A stretch of DNA of 47,959 bases from IMG/VR virus record IMGVR_UViG_3300028840_006985, one strand, 5' to 3'. The notes below the pieces were generated by a model. That model was not told the DNA's origin and did not search any database. It worked only from the letters and a program-made list of their open reading frames with translations. The position numbers and the translations under genes are program-made. Source of the DNA: a virus (taxonomy: Duplodnaviria; Heunggongvirae; Uroviricota; Caudoviricetes). Within the stretch, counting starts at the first letter, position 1; each line of letters starts with the position of its first letter. Shown piece after piece: positions 1 through 9,793 of this stretch.

Positions 1-2
1 GA

Positions 3-473
3 GGATATATTAAATATATAAAAAAAGCTAAGGCGCTTTTAGATCAGAAGGGGTTTGGTTTTTTATGGTATGGGAATATGTTTATAGGCTCTAGAAAAGA
101 ACGTAAACTTAAGGCTAAATATTTTTTTAAAAAAGATGCTGTGATGGTTTTTGAAGATCCTGGCGATGATACTGTGTGGACAATAATACATGAGTTAGGT
201 CATAGATATTATAGTAAATATATGAGCAATACAGATCGTAACAGATTTCGTGATGAGTTTATTAGACAAGTAGCTGTTCCTGTTAGTAATTATGGCAAAC
301 GACATGATATTGAAGATTTTGCAGAAGTGTTTGCATGGTATGTGTTAAATAGAAATTTGACAAGAGATCAACTAGAAAGACTTAAATCATACTTTAAACA
401 TATAAGAGAAGAAAAAAATCTTATAAGTGATTTAAGAAGAATGATAGACGGTTATTTATATAATATGGAATAG
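3..473 (+). CDS. Zincin-type metallopeptidase (5'-truncated by window edge)
   Basis: Frame is open from position 3, so the gene starts before the window. HELGH (HExxH) followed by SNYG...EDFAEVF, the lethal-factor-like zincin pattern. Confidence 0.75.
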   Translation, partial: GYIKYIKKAKALLDQKGFGFLWYGNMFIGSRKERKLKAKYFFKKDAVMVFEDPGDDTVWTIIHELGHRYYSKYMSNTDRNRFRDEFIRQVAVPVSNYGKRHDIEDFAEVFAWYVLNRNLTRDQLERLKSYFKHIREEKNLISDLRRMIDGYLYNME

Positions 474-481
474 GTGCGTTA

Positions 482-3352
482 ATGGCCAAGCCTGAAGTAA
501 CATGTAATGCAGATGAAATTGTTCTTTATAATGTTTCGTCTAGATTAATATTATTAGGTGCAACAGCTACAGAATCACCAACTAGTTGGGAATGGACAAT
601 TTTAGATGTTCCAGCTGGAAGCACGGCAAATGTTGGTGTAAAAGGGGATTTTACTGACGGTATTGCTGTGATTCAAAATCCACAACTGGAAATCGATGGA
701 GCCATTGACGGAACATATGTTGTCCAATGTGTTGCGACCAATGCTATTCCTGAATCGTCTAATCCGTTTAAAGATAAAGGAAATGGCCAACAGTGTATTG
801 TTGTTAGAAGTCAACGAAAACAGAATTATTTTCCTGGCGATAGTCAATATGGATATGGTGGTGAATATTTAGATAAAACTCTTAGGAATTTAGAAGAAGT
901 TCATAGTACTACACATGAAAATGGTGGTGATGATGAGATTAGTGTGGATGGTTTATCGGGGTTATTAGCTGATTCACAAACACCACTTAGTCATAAAGCA
1001 AGCCATCAAGACGGCGGCGGTGATGAGTTAGATGTAACTGACCTGTCTGGACTATTAGCTGATCCACAAACACCATTAAGTCATAAAGCAAGCCATCAAG
1101 ACGGCGGTGGAGATGAGTTAGATGTAACTGATTTATCGGGGTTATTGGCTGATCCGCAGACGCCACTTAGTCATAAAGCAAGCCATCAAGACGGCGGCGG
1201 TGATGAAATAAACGTGGAAGGTTTAGCGGGGGTATTAACAGATGCCCAGATTCCACAAAGTCATGCATCAGATCATGGTAGTGGGGGAGTTGATGAAATA
1301 AAATTAGACGATCTTGGTGCGCCTGATGATAATACTGATCTAAATGCTACGATTTCGGCTCATGGATTATTAAAAAAATTATCAGGCAACGTACTTGATA
1401 GGTTGGATGGCCAAGGGAATTGGACGCCGAATATTAAGGATAATTTAACTGCAACTACTAATCCGACAACTGGTGATGACAGCGATGATGGCTATTCTGT
1501 AAGGTCGTTTTGGATAAACACTGATACGGATACGGCTTTTATTTGCAATGACGCCACTGTTGGATCGGCAGTTTGGCAGGAAATAGGAGCAGATATTGCC
1601 CATGCTTTGGGTGGATCTCAGCATACGATAGATAGTTTAGCTAATTTAAATGCAAAGATTTCCGGTGGGGATCTGGATTTTAGTACAGCCAGCAGGCCTC
1701 CTTCTGGGAGTGCTGGAGGTCAATTAGGAGGAATGTATCCAGATCCAGATGTACGGGGAATTAGAGAGACTAGTGGCCCTACAGAGTTAACAATTGGGGA
1801 TATTGCTGATGGCGAATATTTGAAACGAGATGGATCAAATATTGTTAGTGACGATCCGCTTCCTGTAATGCATGTTGAGACGTTTTTGTCTACTGGAGAA
1901 ACATCGTTTGTTCTGACGTATCAACCGTTGGTTGCGGATACGCCGTGTGGGTATAGTTTACAGGTTCTTATGAACGGTCTTGAGGCGAGACATGTTGCTG
2001 GTACTCCTACTGTAATGGATACGTTTCATTATGAGAATTCAACAAGAACGGTGACCTTCATATCTGACACGGGAAGTTATTATAAATTTAGATATAATGT
2101 AACATCTAGTGGAAATGATGTTACTTATCTGTCTTCAGGTGTTCCTAACCTGGTTGAGGAATCGTTTAGTACAACCGGGGGGGAAACCCCAGGCGATATA
2201 GTTTCATTTGCGTTAACAGGGACCCCTAGTGGTAATGGTGCCGCTAGTACGCCAAGCGGATATAATATTTCTGGTGTTTTTAGGAATTCGACCAGGTTAG
2301 GTTACAATAATCCGCCAACAAGCGTATTTGAGTATTACTATGATCCGGTTAGTAACGAGATTGATATTTACGCAGGTGGAACGGCGGATGACTATGATAT
2401 TGTGTTTATTGATACTTTTGCGGTGTCTCCTCATGTTAAAGAGTACGTAACTACCGGAGGGGAAACCCCAGGCGATATAGTGTCTTTTGCACTTCCTGAG
2501 GTTCCAAATGGTGGAGGAGTTGCCGACACGCCTAGCGGATATGACTTAAAAGGGTTTGTTGATGGCGTTAGAATGAAATACAAATCACCTGCTCCGACAG
2601 CCACTAATGAATTTTATTATGATTCGGCAAACAATGAAGTAGATGTTTACGCATCTGGAAATATTGATGATTATGTTTTTGATTTTGGAACTGCATCAAT
2701 TGATTATAGTGGAGACTTGGTCAAATACAAATTCGAAGATGATTTCGATGATAATAGCATTCATCCAAGGTGGACAGTAACTGAAACTGGTTCGGGTACT
2801 GTTGTGGAAGGATCAGACGGTATTGTAATGACTTTACCTGGCAGCGCAGGTCATGGAGCATCTATCGATTTGTTACTTCCTAATGAAATGAACAAAGCAA
2901 ATTGGGTTGCACAAGTACATGTTACGTTTGCATTTACAGGATCTTCAGATGATGCAGCTGCCGCTTTTTTGAGATTAACGGGAAAAGGTGGTGGTGCAGA
3001 TAAATACATGCGAATGTTTATTCAAGGTCAAAGTGGGCCAGTATATCAACTTAAAATTGATGACAATGCAGGATTTGTCAGTCAATCAGGAGTGACTGCG
3101 GTATGGATTAGATTAAGAAAATTTGGAGATGAAGTCCGAACTGACTTTTATAATGGGGCGGCAACAGTAGATGTTGATGGTAATGCATATTGGCAAGAAT
3201 GGGATAGTTCAAAGACTTGGTATGTTCTTCCAAAAAGTGGAACATTTAATTATCCAGTAAAACTTGAACAGTTATCATTATATGCTTCCAATTGGTCTAA
3301 CTACCCTGGTGTTCAAGCAACTTTTAGAAAGTTTAAATTAGAAATATTTTAA
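482..3352 (+). CDS. Tail fibre / adhesin-like virion protein (956 aa)
   Basis: G/D/T/S-rich. N-terminal PKD-like segment (PTSWEWTI), 30-aa His repeats, NPTTGDDSDDGYSVRSFWIN fibre module, duplicated ETPGDIVSFAL beta-domains, C-terminal domain shared with the next two genes. Confidence 0.75.
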   Translation: MAKPEVTCNADEIVLYNVSSRLILLGATATESPTSWEWTILDVPAGSTANVGVKGDFTDGIAVIQNPQLEIDGAIDGTYVVQCVATNAIPESSNPFKDKGNGQQCIVVRSQRKQNYFPGDSQYGYGGEYLDKTLRNLEEVHSTTHENGGDDEISVDGLSGLLADSQTPLSHKASHQDGGGDELDVTDLSGLLADPQTPLSHKASHQDGGGDELDVTDLSGLLADPQTPLSHKASHQDGGGDEINVEGLAGVLTDAQIPQSHASDHGSGGVDEIKLDDLGAPDDNTDLNATISAHGLLKKLSGNVLDRLDGQGNWTPNIKDNLTATTNPTTGDDSDDGYSVRSFWINTDTDTAFICNDATVGSAVWQEIGADIAHALGGSQHTIDSLANLNAKISGGDLDFSTASRPPSGSAGGQLGGMYPDPDVRGIRETSGPTELTIGDIADGEYLKRDGSNIVSDDPLPVMHVETFLSTGETSFVLTYQPLVADTPCGYSLQVLMNGLEARHVAGTPTVMDTFHYENSTRTVTFISDTGSYYKFRYNVTSSGNDVTYLSSGVPNLVEESFSTTGGETPGDIVSFALTGTPSGNGAASTPSGYNISGVFRNSTRLGYNNPPTSVFEYYYDPVSNEIDIYAGGTADDYDIVFIDTFAVSPHVKEYVTTGGETPGDIVSFALPEVPNGGGVADTPSGYDLKGFVDGVRMKYKSPAPTATNEFYYDSANNEVDVYASGNIDDYVFDFGTASIDYSGDLVKYKFEDDFDDNSIHPRWTVTETGSGTVVEGSDGIVMTLPGSAGHGASIDLLLPNEMNKANWVAQVHVTFAFTGSSDDAAAAFLRLTGKGGGADKYMRMFIQGQSGPVYQLKIDDNAGFVSQSGVTAVWIRLRKFGDEVRTDFYNGAATVDVDGNAYWQEWDSSKTWYVLPKSGTFNYPVKLEQLSLYASNWSNYPGVQATFRKFKLEIF
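901..1320 (+). repeat. 90-bp (30-aa) intragenic tandem repeat, about 4.5 copies
   Basis: tcataaagcaagccatcaagacggcgg recurs at 991, 1081 and 1171, with diverged copies at 901 and 1261. Unit HKASHQDGGGDELDVTDLSGLLADPQTPLS. Confidence 0.95.
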
Positions 3353-3362
3353 AGGAATAATC

Positions 3363-4196
3363 ATGGGTAAAATAAAATCACATTTAGTATCATCTGAATT
3401 CGTAACAACAGAAAACAAAGATGTTGTTAAGTTGGACGAATTGGGCGCTCCGACTGATAACACTGATTTGGATGCAACAGATTCGGCTCATGGTTTAATG
3501 CCTAAATTGTCGGGGAATGCGGATGAAGCGTTTAGGGGTGATGGAAGCTGGGGAAGTGTTTCAGGAGGCACGGATCCTGTATATTTGGTTGAGGATGATT
3601 TCAATGATAGTGATGTTCATGATAGGTGGACTGTAACTGAAACTGGTTCGGGCACTGTCGTTGAAGGATCAGATGGTATTGTTATAACAGGAGCTAGCGG
3701 GGGGAATAATACTGGATCTGTTGAAATGACATTGCCTGAAAATATGGCTTATAGAAATTGGATTGTCCATGTTCATGTTACTTTATCCTACGATACAGCA
3801 AGTAATGGTTGTGCAGGAGGAATATATATTAGTGGCTTAGGAGAGAATGTTGGAAAATTTATGGAATTCAGAAATCAACATACTACAAGTTATGATTTGT
3901 TAGCAGCTGATAGTGGGGGCTTTGCCTCTTCTGGAATGGGATTTGATCCGGTTTGGATTAGAATTCGCAGGTTCGGGGATGAAATTCGAACGGATTATTA
4001 TAATGGTGCTTCAACAATTAATATTGAAAGCTATTTTAGAGAATGGGATCATTCAAGACAATGGTATGTAACTCCCAGGAGCGGAACATTTAATTATCCG
4101 ACAGAATATCTTACATTAAGATTGCGCGGTTTTCAATGGAGTGCATATCCTGGATTTCAATGTACTTTTAGAAAATTTAAATTAATGATATTTTAG
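3363..4196 (+). CDS. Short tail fibre / receptor-binding protein (277 aa)
   Basis: KLDELGAPTDNTDL...HGLMPKL...FRGDGSW module plus the shared C-terminal EDDFND...SGTFNYP...FRKFKL domain. SD aagga upstream. Confidence 0.7.
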   Translation: MGKIKSHLVSSEFVTTENKDVVKLDELGAPTDNTDLDATDSAHGLMPKLSGNADEAFRGDGSWGSVSGGTDPVYLVEDDFNDSDVHDRWTVTETGSGTVVEGSDGIVITGASGGNNTGSVEMTLPENMAYRNWIVHVHVTLSYDTASNGCAGGIYISGLGENVGKFMEFRNQHTTSYDLLAADSGGFASSGMGFDPVWIRIRRFGDEIRTDYYNGASTINIESYFREWDHSRQWYVTPRSGTFNYPTEYLTLRLRGFQWSAYPGFQCTFRKFKLMIF

Positions 4197-4207
4197 GGAG
4201 ATAAACA

Positions 4208-7200
4208 ATGTCACGAGATATCAAAGCTGATCAAGTTACTTCTGAATTTGTAACAACAGACAATAAAGATGTTGTTAAGTTGGATGAATTAGGCGAGCCG
4301 ACCGACAATACTAACCTAGATACGTCCATATCTAGACATGGTTTATTTCCTAAACTACCAAATGAAGCCGACAAGCTGTTTAGGGGTGATGGAAATTGGT
4401 TAAAGCATAATTTTACTGCTTCAACAAATCCTACTGTTGATAATGATGTTGACGAAGGTTATACAGCCGGATCAAAATGGCTAAACATTAACAACAAAGA
4501 AGTTTTTGAATGTTTAGAAAACACTGACGGAGCGGCTGTCTGGGTGCGAAGTGCAGCTAAAGGAAATTATTCAGCGTCAGTAGATCCTGATGCAGATAAC
4601 GATATCGATGAAGGGTATGTTATAGGATCTTTATGGATTAATACTGCTTCGGACGAGCCTTTTATTTGTGTTGATAATACAGATGGCGCAGCTGTTTGGG
4701 TTAATATTGTAGGTGGTGGAGGTGGTACACATGCATCAACTCATGAAGATGGAGGATTAGATGAGATAACAATCCAAAATTTAGGTTCTGGTGTAGCTGC
4801 GGCTAACAAATTAATTCAAACAGATGGTTCTGGTGGTTTAACTTTGATTGATACTCCATCTGGAGAGGCAACAACGGCAAATTCAGAAAATGTTCCGTTT
4901 CTTGAGTATAGCAGTGCTAGTGTTGTGAATGTAAAAGCTCTATCAGGGGCTAGTACTACACTAAGAATGATTTTAAATAATGGATTTGTATATAGCGCAA
5001 CATCACCCCTAACAGTTGATATGGCTACAACAGGATTAGGAGGCCGAGAGGCTTCAAGTGATCCGGAGGCAGCTGATACATGGTATTATATTTATGCTGT
5101 ACCTGAGACAAGTGAATTTTTGGATGTTATAGCTTCGGTAAATGATCCTGATACAGGTCCAGCTGATTATTCAGCTTGGAAGTATTTAGGAGCTGTTAGG
5201 AATGATGGTAGTAGCGATATAAAACAATTTCGACAAGAAGGGAACGAGTTTTTCTACATTACTGGAGGAGGATCAATTCTATCCAGTGGCAGTCCTGGAG
5301 ATATTGAACACGAAACGTCTTATGCTGAAGTGTCATTGGCTAATCAAGTACCTGACACATGTACATATGTTCAAATGTCTCTTTATATTAGTATAGATCC
5401 TGAAAATCCACAAGCCAAATGGCGTATTAACTGGTCAGTTGATGGCACAAATCTATTTTATATTCTTTTTGCAGCTGGCGACATTTCTGTATCGGCAAGA
5501 GATTCAAATACTTGGTATATGCCAGTATCCTCTAGTAAAAGCATATGGAGAAAAAGAGCAAGAGAACAAGGTTCTTTAGATTTAGTCTGGATTAATTATG
5601 GAGTTTTAAGCTGGATTGATGGTTGGTTAACGACATCATATCAAAAAGTTGGATCGTATAGTCATGCGAATGGCGATTTAATAACAGTTTCAGAAGGTCA
5701 AAGATCTTCCGATCTTAATGTTAATGCTATCGACACTCAAATTTGGCCACAAACCGGGACATTACCGTTTACCGCTTTAATCGATGGTTTATACAAGATC
5801 AATTTTACTGTAGGAATGTATTTTAACAGTTCTACAACGGTACAGGTAAAACTTGTATTTGATGAAGGTGAATCCAACGAACAAACAATTGGATATGATG
5901 ATGATTGGCAGATCAAAGTAGTTGATGGTTATGATTATCCATTTTTTCAAGGATCTGTTACATTATCTGCTGGGGCTCACACTATAAAAGCATATGCAAA
6001 AGAAACTGTCGGTACAGGAGCTGTAATAACCGGCTCTAGCACGACACCTATTCAAGGTCCTGTTTTGCAGTTACAAGCAATAACGGGTTCAGGTGCTGGT
6101 GGAGTAATAGTAACTGAAGATGTGGGGATTACTTCTTATACGGAGTCAGAGTCGGCGCTTTCCTGGCATGATATCCTGGATGATACTGGTGGTAACCCGA
6201 TTCAAGTACAAGTAACAGTTAGTGAAAATGAAATTGTTAATTATAAATTTAGTGGAAATTTCAGATGTGTGACTGGAGATTCGGGTCAGAATTTTAAGTT
6301 TCGAATTTATGTTGTGGAAGAAACTTTAGAAGTGATTAGGCGGTCTATTGGAACTGAAACTGTAGGGGTGGATATTGGCGGAGCATTTCAAATAGAATTG
6401 GAAAAATACTTTTCTGGATTGTCTGCTGGAACCTATACTATTAAGGCTCAGTATTATAAATTGCATAGTTCTATATCTTTAAGATTTACTTGGCATAGTG
6501 AAACAACGTTGTCTGTTATTCAGTATCGCGGTGGTCTTGTTCCTGTTAAACAAGAGGGGACATTAGTTTCAGATAAACCAGCAGCATTTAATTTTATTGG
6601 AGCTAAAGTAGAAAATAATAATGGTATAGCTGATATAACTTTAGGTACAAATGCTCCAGGTGATCTGATAACCGTTTCAGAAGGAACTAGATCGGCAAGC
6701 CTTGATATAAATGCTACCGACACATTAATTTGGCCTGAGTCAGGTAGTTTATCTTTTACTACTTTAGTAAACGGTGAATATAGAATTGGTTTTACTGTTG
6801 CGATAGGGTGTACAGACTCAACAACTACTCAAATAAAGTTAGTTTTTGATGAAGGGGAATCTAATGAACAGGTTATTGGGTATGATGATGATTGGACAGT
6901 AAGAAATGTCGGTAATCAATATAGTTATCCTTTATTTCAAGGAAATATTAACCTTACAGCAGGGAATCATACAATAAAAGCTTATGCAAAAGAAGCTTAT
7001 GGGACATCTGCTTTTATTGCAGGACCGAGTTCTGCTAACGCCCCACAAGGTCCTGTTTTGCAGTTACAAGCAATAACGGGTTCAGGAGCGGGTGGAGTAA
7101 TAGTAACTGAAGACACAGGGATTGCTGCCTATAATGAATCAGGGTCGGCGGGGACATGGCATGACGTCCTCGACGAAGATAGTGGTAACCCAATTCAAGT

Positions 7201-8263
7201 ACAAGTCACTATTAGTGAAAATGAACGCGCATACTGTAGTTTTGATGCTAACACAAAACTTATAGCAGGCAGTTCTAATCAATATTATGCCTTCAGGATT
7301 TACAACGTTGAAGAAGATTCAACAGTGATTTTTCGTAATATTGGAGCGGAAATAGGTGATTTAGATGTCGGATCTGAGATGCCTATCCATATTGAGAGGT
7401 ATTTGTCAGGCTTATCAGCTGGTACTTACACATTCAAGGCACAATATTACAAAACTCACGCTGCTATAACACTGCGGTTTGGATGGCATGACAGCACTGT
7501 ACTATCAGTTGTACAGTATCGAGGTGGTCTTGTTCCTGTTAAACAAGAGGGGACATTAGTTTCAGATAAACCAGCAGCATTTAATTTTATTGGTAGCACT
7601 GTAAGTGAATTTGGTGGGATAATTGATATTAGTAATTATTATTTTGTTGAAGATGATTTTAATGATAGTTCTATTCATGATAGGTGGACTGTAACTGAAA
7701 ATGGATCTTGTACTGTAGTTGAGGGAAGTGATGGTATTGTAATTAGTGCACCTAGTGGTGATCATGATGGTCAGATTGCGATGGATTTACCTGCAAATAT
7801 GCATTGTAGAAATTGGGTTGCTTATTGCAATATTACGATGAATATTACATCTGGGAATAGACATGGACTTTCATTGAGAATTAGCGGAAAAGGAGGTGGT
7901 GTTAGCGCTAAAATAATGCAAGCGACATTTAGGTATACAACAGCCAAGTATTTACATCTTTACGATTCTGGTGGAGGAGGTGATCAAATATCAATTTCAA
8001 CGACAGCATGTTGGGTAAGAATTCGCAAATTTGGAGACTCAGTTAGAGTTGATTATTATCCAGGTGCTCATACAGTCAGTGTGGATGAGGATGGTCAATG
8101 GCGTGAATTTGATAGTGCTACGTATAATTGGTATGTAGTTCCTAAGAGTGGAACTTTTGATTATCCGACTTATTATGAAAAATTAATTATTGCTGCTGAC
8201 AGTCAAGATGCAAATCCAAGTTTTCAATATACTGTTAGAAAATTCAGGTTAAAAGTTTTTTGA
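4208..8263 (+). CDS. Long multidomain tail fibre (1351 aa)
   Basis: Same N-terminal module as 3363, two NPTVDNDVDEGY...W fibre modules, an internal duplication of about 330 aa, and the shared C-terminal domain. SD ggag. Confidence 0.78.
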   Translation: MSRDIKADQVTSEFVTTDNKDVVKLDELGEPTDNTNLDTSISRHGLFPKLPNEADKLFRGDGNWLKHNFTASTNPTVDNDVDEGYTAGSKWLNINNKEVFECLENTDGAAVWVRSAAKGNYSASVDPDADNDIDEGYVIGSLWINTASDEPFICVDNTDGAAVWVNIVGGGGGTHASTHEDGGLDEITIQNLGSGVAAANKLIQTDGSGGLTLIDTPSGEATTANSENVPFLEYSSASVVNVKALSGASTTLRMILNNGFVYSATSPLTVDMATTGLGGREASSDPEAADTWYYIYAVPETSEFLDVIASVNDPDTGPADYSAWKYLGAVRNDGSSDIKQFRQEGNEFFYITGGGSILSSGSPGDIEHETSYAEVSLANQVPDTCTYVQMSLYISIDPENPQAKWRINWSVDGTNLFYILFAAGDISVSARDSNTWYMPVSSSKSIWRKRAREQGSLDLVWINYGVLSWIDGWLTTSYQKVGSYSHANGDLITVSEGQRSSDLNVNAIDTQIWPQTGTLPFTALIDGLYKINFTVGMYFNSSTTVQVKLVFDEGESNEQTIGYDDDWQIKVVDGYDYPFFQGSVTLSAGAHTIKAYAKETVGTGAVITGSSTTPIQGPVLQLQAITGSGAGGVIVTEDVGITSYTESESALSWHDILDDTGGNPIQVQVTVSENEIVNYKFSGNFRCVTGDSGQNFKFRIYVVEETLEVIRRSIGTETVGVDIGGAFQIELEKYFSGLSAGTYTIKAQYYKLHSSISLRFTWHSETTLSVIQYRGGLVPVKQEGTLVSDKPAAFNFIGAKVENNNGIADITLGTNAPGDLITVSEGTRSASLDINATDTLIWPESGSLSFTTLVNGEYRIGFTVAIGCTDSTTTQIKLVFDEGESNEQVIGYDDDWTVRNVGNQYSYPLFQGNINLTAGNHTIKAYAKEAYGTSAFIAGPSSANAPQGPVLQLQAITGSGAGGVIVTEDTGIAAYNESGSAGTWHDVLDEDSGNPIQVQVTISENERAYCSFDANTKLIAGSSNQYYAFRIYNVEEDSTVIFRNIGAEIGDLDVGSEMPIHIERYLSGLSAGTYTFKAQYYKTHAAITLRFGWHDSTVLSVVQYRGGLVPVKQEGTLVSDKPAAFNFIGSTVSEFGGIIDISNYYFVEDDFNDSSIHDRWTVTENGSCTVVEGSDGIVISAPSGDHDGQIAMDLPANMHCRNWVAYCNITMNITSGNRHGLSLRISGKGGGVSAKIMQATFRYTTAKYLHLYDSGGGGDQISISTTACWVRIRKFGDSVRVDYYPGAHTVSVDEDGQWREFDSATYNWYVVPKSGTFDYPTYYEKLIIAADSQDANPSFQYTVRKFRLKVF
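5672..7593 (+). repeat. Internal duplication of about 990 bp (two copies) in the long fibre gene
   Basis: GDLITVSEG...PAAFNFIG occurs twice. Identical DNA tracts 6053-6093=7046-7086 (41 bp) and 6530-6600=7523-7593 (71 bp), both at offset 993. Confidence 0.93.
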
Positions 8264-8277
8264 TTATAGTTGTTAAC

Positions 8278-8495
8278 TTAATGGATAGTCTCCTTTTTTC
8301 AACCTAAATATTTTTACATCGTATTAGTGTCGAATGATTTGGCGACGATTGATGGCTGGTTGTGATTTTTATTAACATATTAAAATCAATTTAATAAATA
8401 GTTTCCTTTTTTAATCTAAATATTTTCTATCTTGTAATATTGAATGATTTAATGACAGTCTTATGTGTAGTCTTATATTAACGTATTAAAATTAT
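8278..8495. repeat. Degenerate intergenic tandem duplication, two units of about 105-113 bp
   Basis: Unit A (8278-8390) ttaatggatagtctccttttttcaacctaaatattttt...gaatgattt...tattaacatattaaaat aligns to unit B (8391-8495) ttaataaatagtttccttttttaatctaaatatttt...gaatgattt...tattaacgtattaaaat. Confidence 0.8.
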
Positions 8496-8523
8496 TGATT
8501 TTCTTTTATTTTTATGATAATAT
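8495..8523 (+). promoter_or_regulatory. Sigma70-like promoter (extended -10)
   Basis: TTGATT (8495-8500), 17 bp, then TAATAT (8518-8523) preceded by TGn. Lies upstream of the AGGAGG RBS of 8567. Near-copy at 10239. Confidence 0.55.
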
Positions 8524-8566
8524 ATGAATATAATTTATTTTTTTAATTAGCTTAGGAGGTTAAAAA

Positions 8567-9778
8567 ATGGCAATTGCTGGTTCACAGATTAGATCTTCGG
8601 CAATTACTAACACCCATCTTGGTTCTTCGGCTGATATAGCTTGGTCGAAAATCGATATGACTGGTTCTTCGTTAGCTGATTTAGCTACGAAAGATCATGG
8701 TGATTTGACGGGGAGGGACGATGATGACCATACAATATATTCATTAGCTGATGGAACAAGAGCTTTTACTGGTGCGGTTGCTGGTGTAGATCCATCGGCC
8801 GATGCAGATCTAACAACAAAATCTTGGGTTGAAACACGATTAAAAGGACTTGATCCACAAGAGTCGGTAACGGTATTAAATGTTATTGATGATGTAATTG
8901 GGACTCCACCAGGCTCGCCTGACGAGGGTGATACATATTTAATTGATCCTGATACTGACACAGCGGCAACAGGCGCCTGGGCCGGTTGGGATGGTCATTG
9001 GACGTATTATAATGGTACTGCTTGGCAAGATTTAGGCGCGGCGGCAGTAGATGATAGGGCTATTGTAGATGCGAGTCCTGGGGCTGGCGGTGGTTTAAAT
9101 GGTCATGCTAAAAAAATAGCTACCATAACAGCAATTACAATTGGATCGGGCGGGTCAGTTACTTGGAGTATGCAAACCGCTAATAGCGGATGGCATACGT
9201 TTATTGAATCAGGCTATAGCTCAGGTCGTGGGTGGAGATATAATGGAACTAGTTGGGAAGTTTATTCTCAATTGCTTTTAGCTTCGGCTGCTCCTAACGA
9301 TTGTGAAATTGGTAGTGCAGCAGTTGGAACGGCTTCAAAAGCAGCTAGAGAGGACCACGTTCACTCTGCGTCGACAGGAACACCGACAGGGAGTGTTGCT
9401 GTTCAAAGCAATGATGAAGGTTCGGCTTCCTCGTTTGCTCGTTCAGATCATGCTCACAATTTATCAGTGGCAGCTCCTACTAATATTGGTTCAAGCAATG
9501 ATGAGGGTTCAGCTACTTCGACAGTACGATCTGATCATGTTCACCAGTTAAGGGGTGGTTATGACAAGGTGAACGATGCGGCTGGAGATGATACAGGGAT
9601 GACGTTGTCAAATACTCCATTAAGTGCGGCATTAGCACTTATATTTAAAAATGGTATCAAGATGGAGAAGGTTGATTCATCACCAACCGGTGAGCAATAT
9701 ACGATATCGGGTACTACGGTTTCATTTGCTGCGAGTGGTGAATCAGACACTTTATATGAAGCACACTATCCTTACTAA
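8567..9778 (+). CDS. Fibre-like virion protein with DUF2793-like segment and HxH repeats (403 aa)
   Basis: PPGSPDEGDTYLI...ATGAWAGWDG motif, three R-x-DHxH repeats typical of metal-bound trimeric fibres, perfect AGGAGG RBS. Confidence 0.72.
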   Translation: MAIAGSQIRSSAITNTHLGSSADIAWSKIDMTGSSLADLATKDHGDLTGRDDDDHTIYSLADGTRAFTGAVAGVDPSADADLTTKSWVETRLKGLDPQESVTVLNVIDDVIGTPPGSPDEGDTYLIDPDTDTAATGAWAGWDGHWTYYNGTAWQDLGAAAVDDRAIVDASPGAGGGLNGHAKKIATITAITIGSGGSVTWSMQTANSGWHTFIESGYSSGRGWRYNGTSWEVYSQLLLASAAPNDCEIGSAAVGTASKAAREDHVHSASTGTPTGSVAVQSNDEGSASSFARSDHAHNLSVAAPTNIGSSNDEGSATSTVRSDHVHQLRGGYDKVNDAAGDDTGMTLSNTPLSAALALIFKNGIKMEKVDSSPTGEQYTISGTTVSFAASGESDTLYEAHYPY

Positions 9779-9793
9779 TTTTTAATTGAATTT

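Noticed and set aside
2720-8263. Diversity-generating retroelement acting on the three similar fibre C-termini
   Set aside because: Differences between copies are not adenine-specific and include many synonymous changes and indels. No reverse transcriptase or near-identical template repeat is present in the window.
8278-8495. CRISPR mini-array
   Set aside because: Only two degenerate units that align along their whole length. There is no identical repeat/unique spacer structure and no cas genes.
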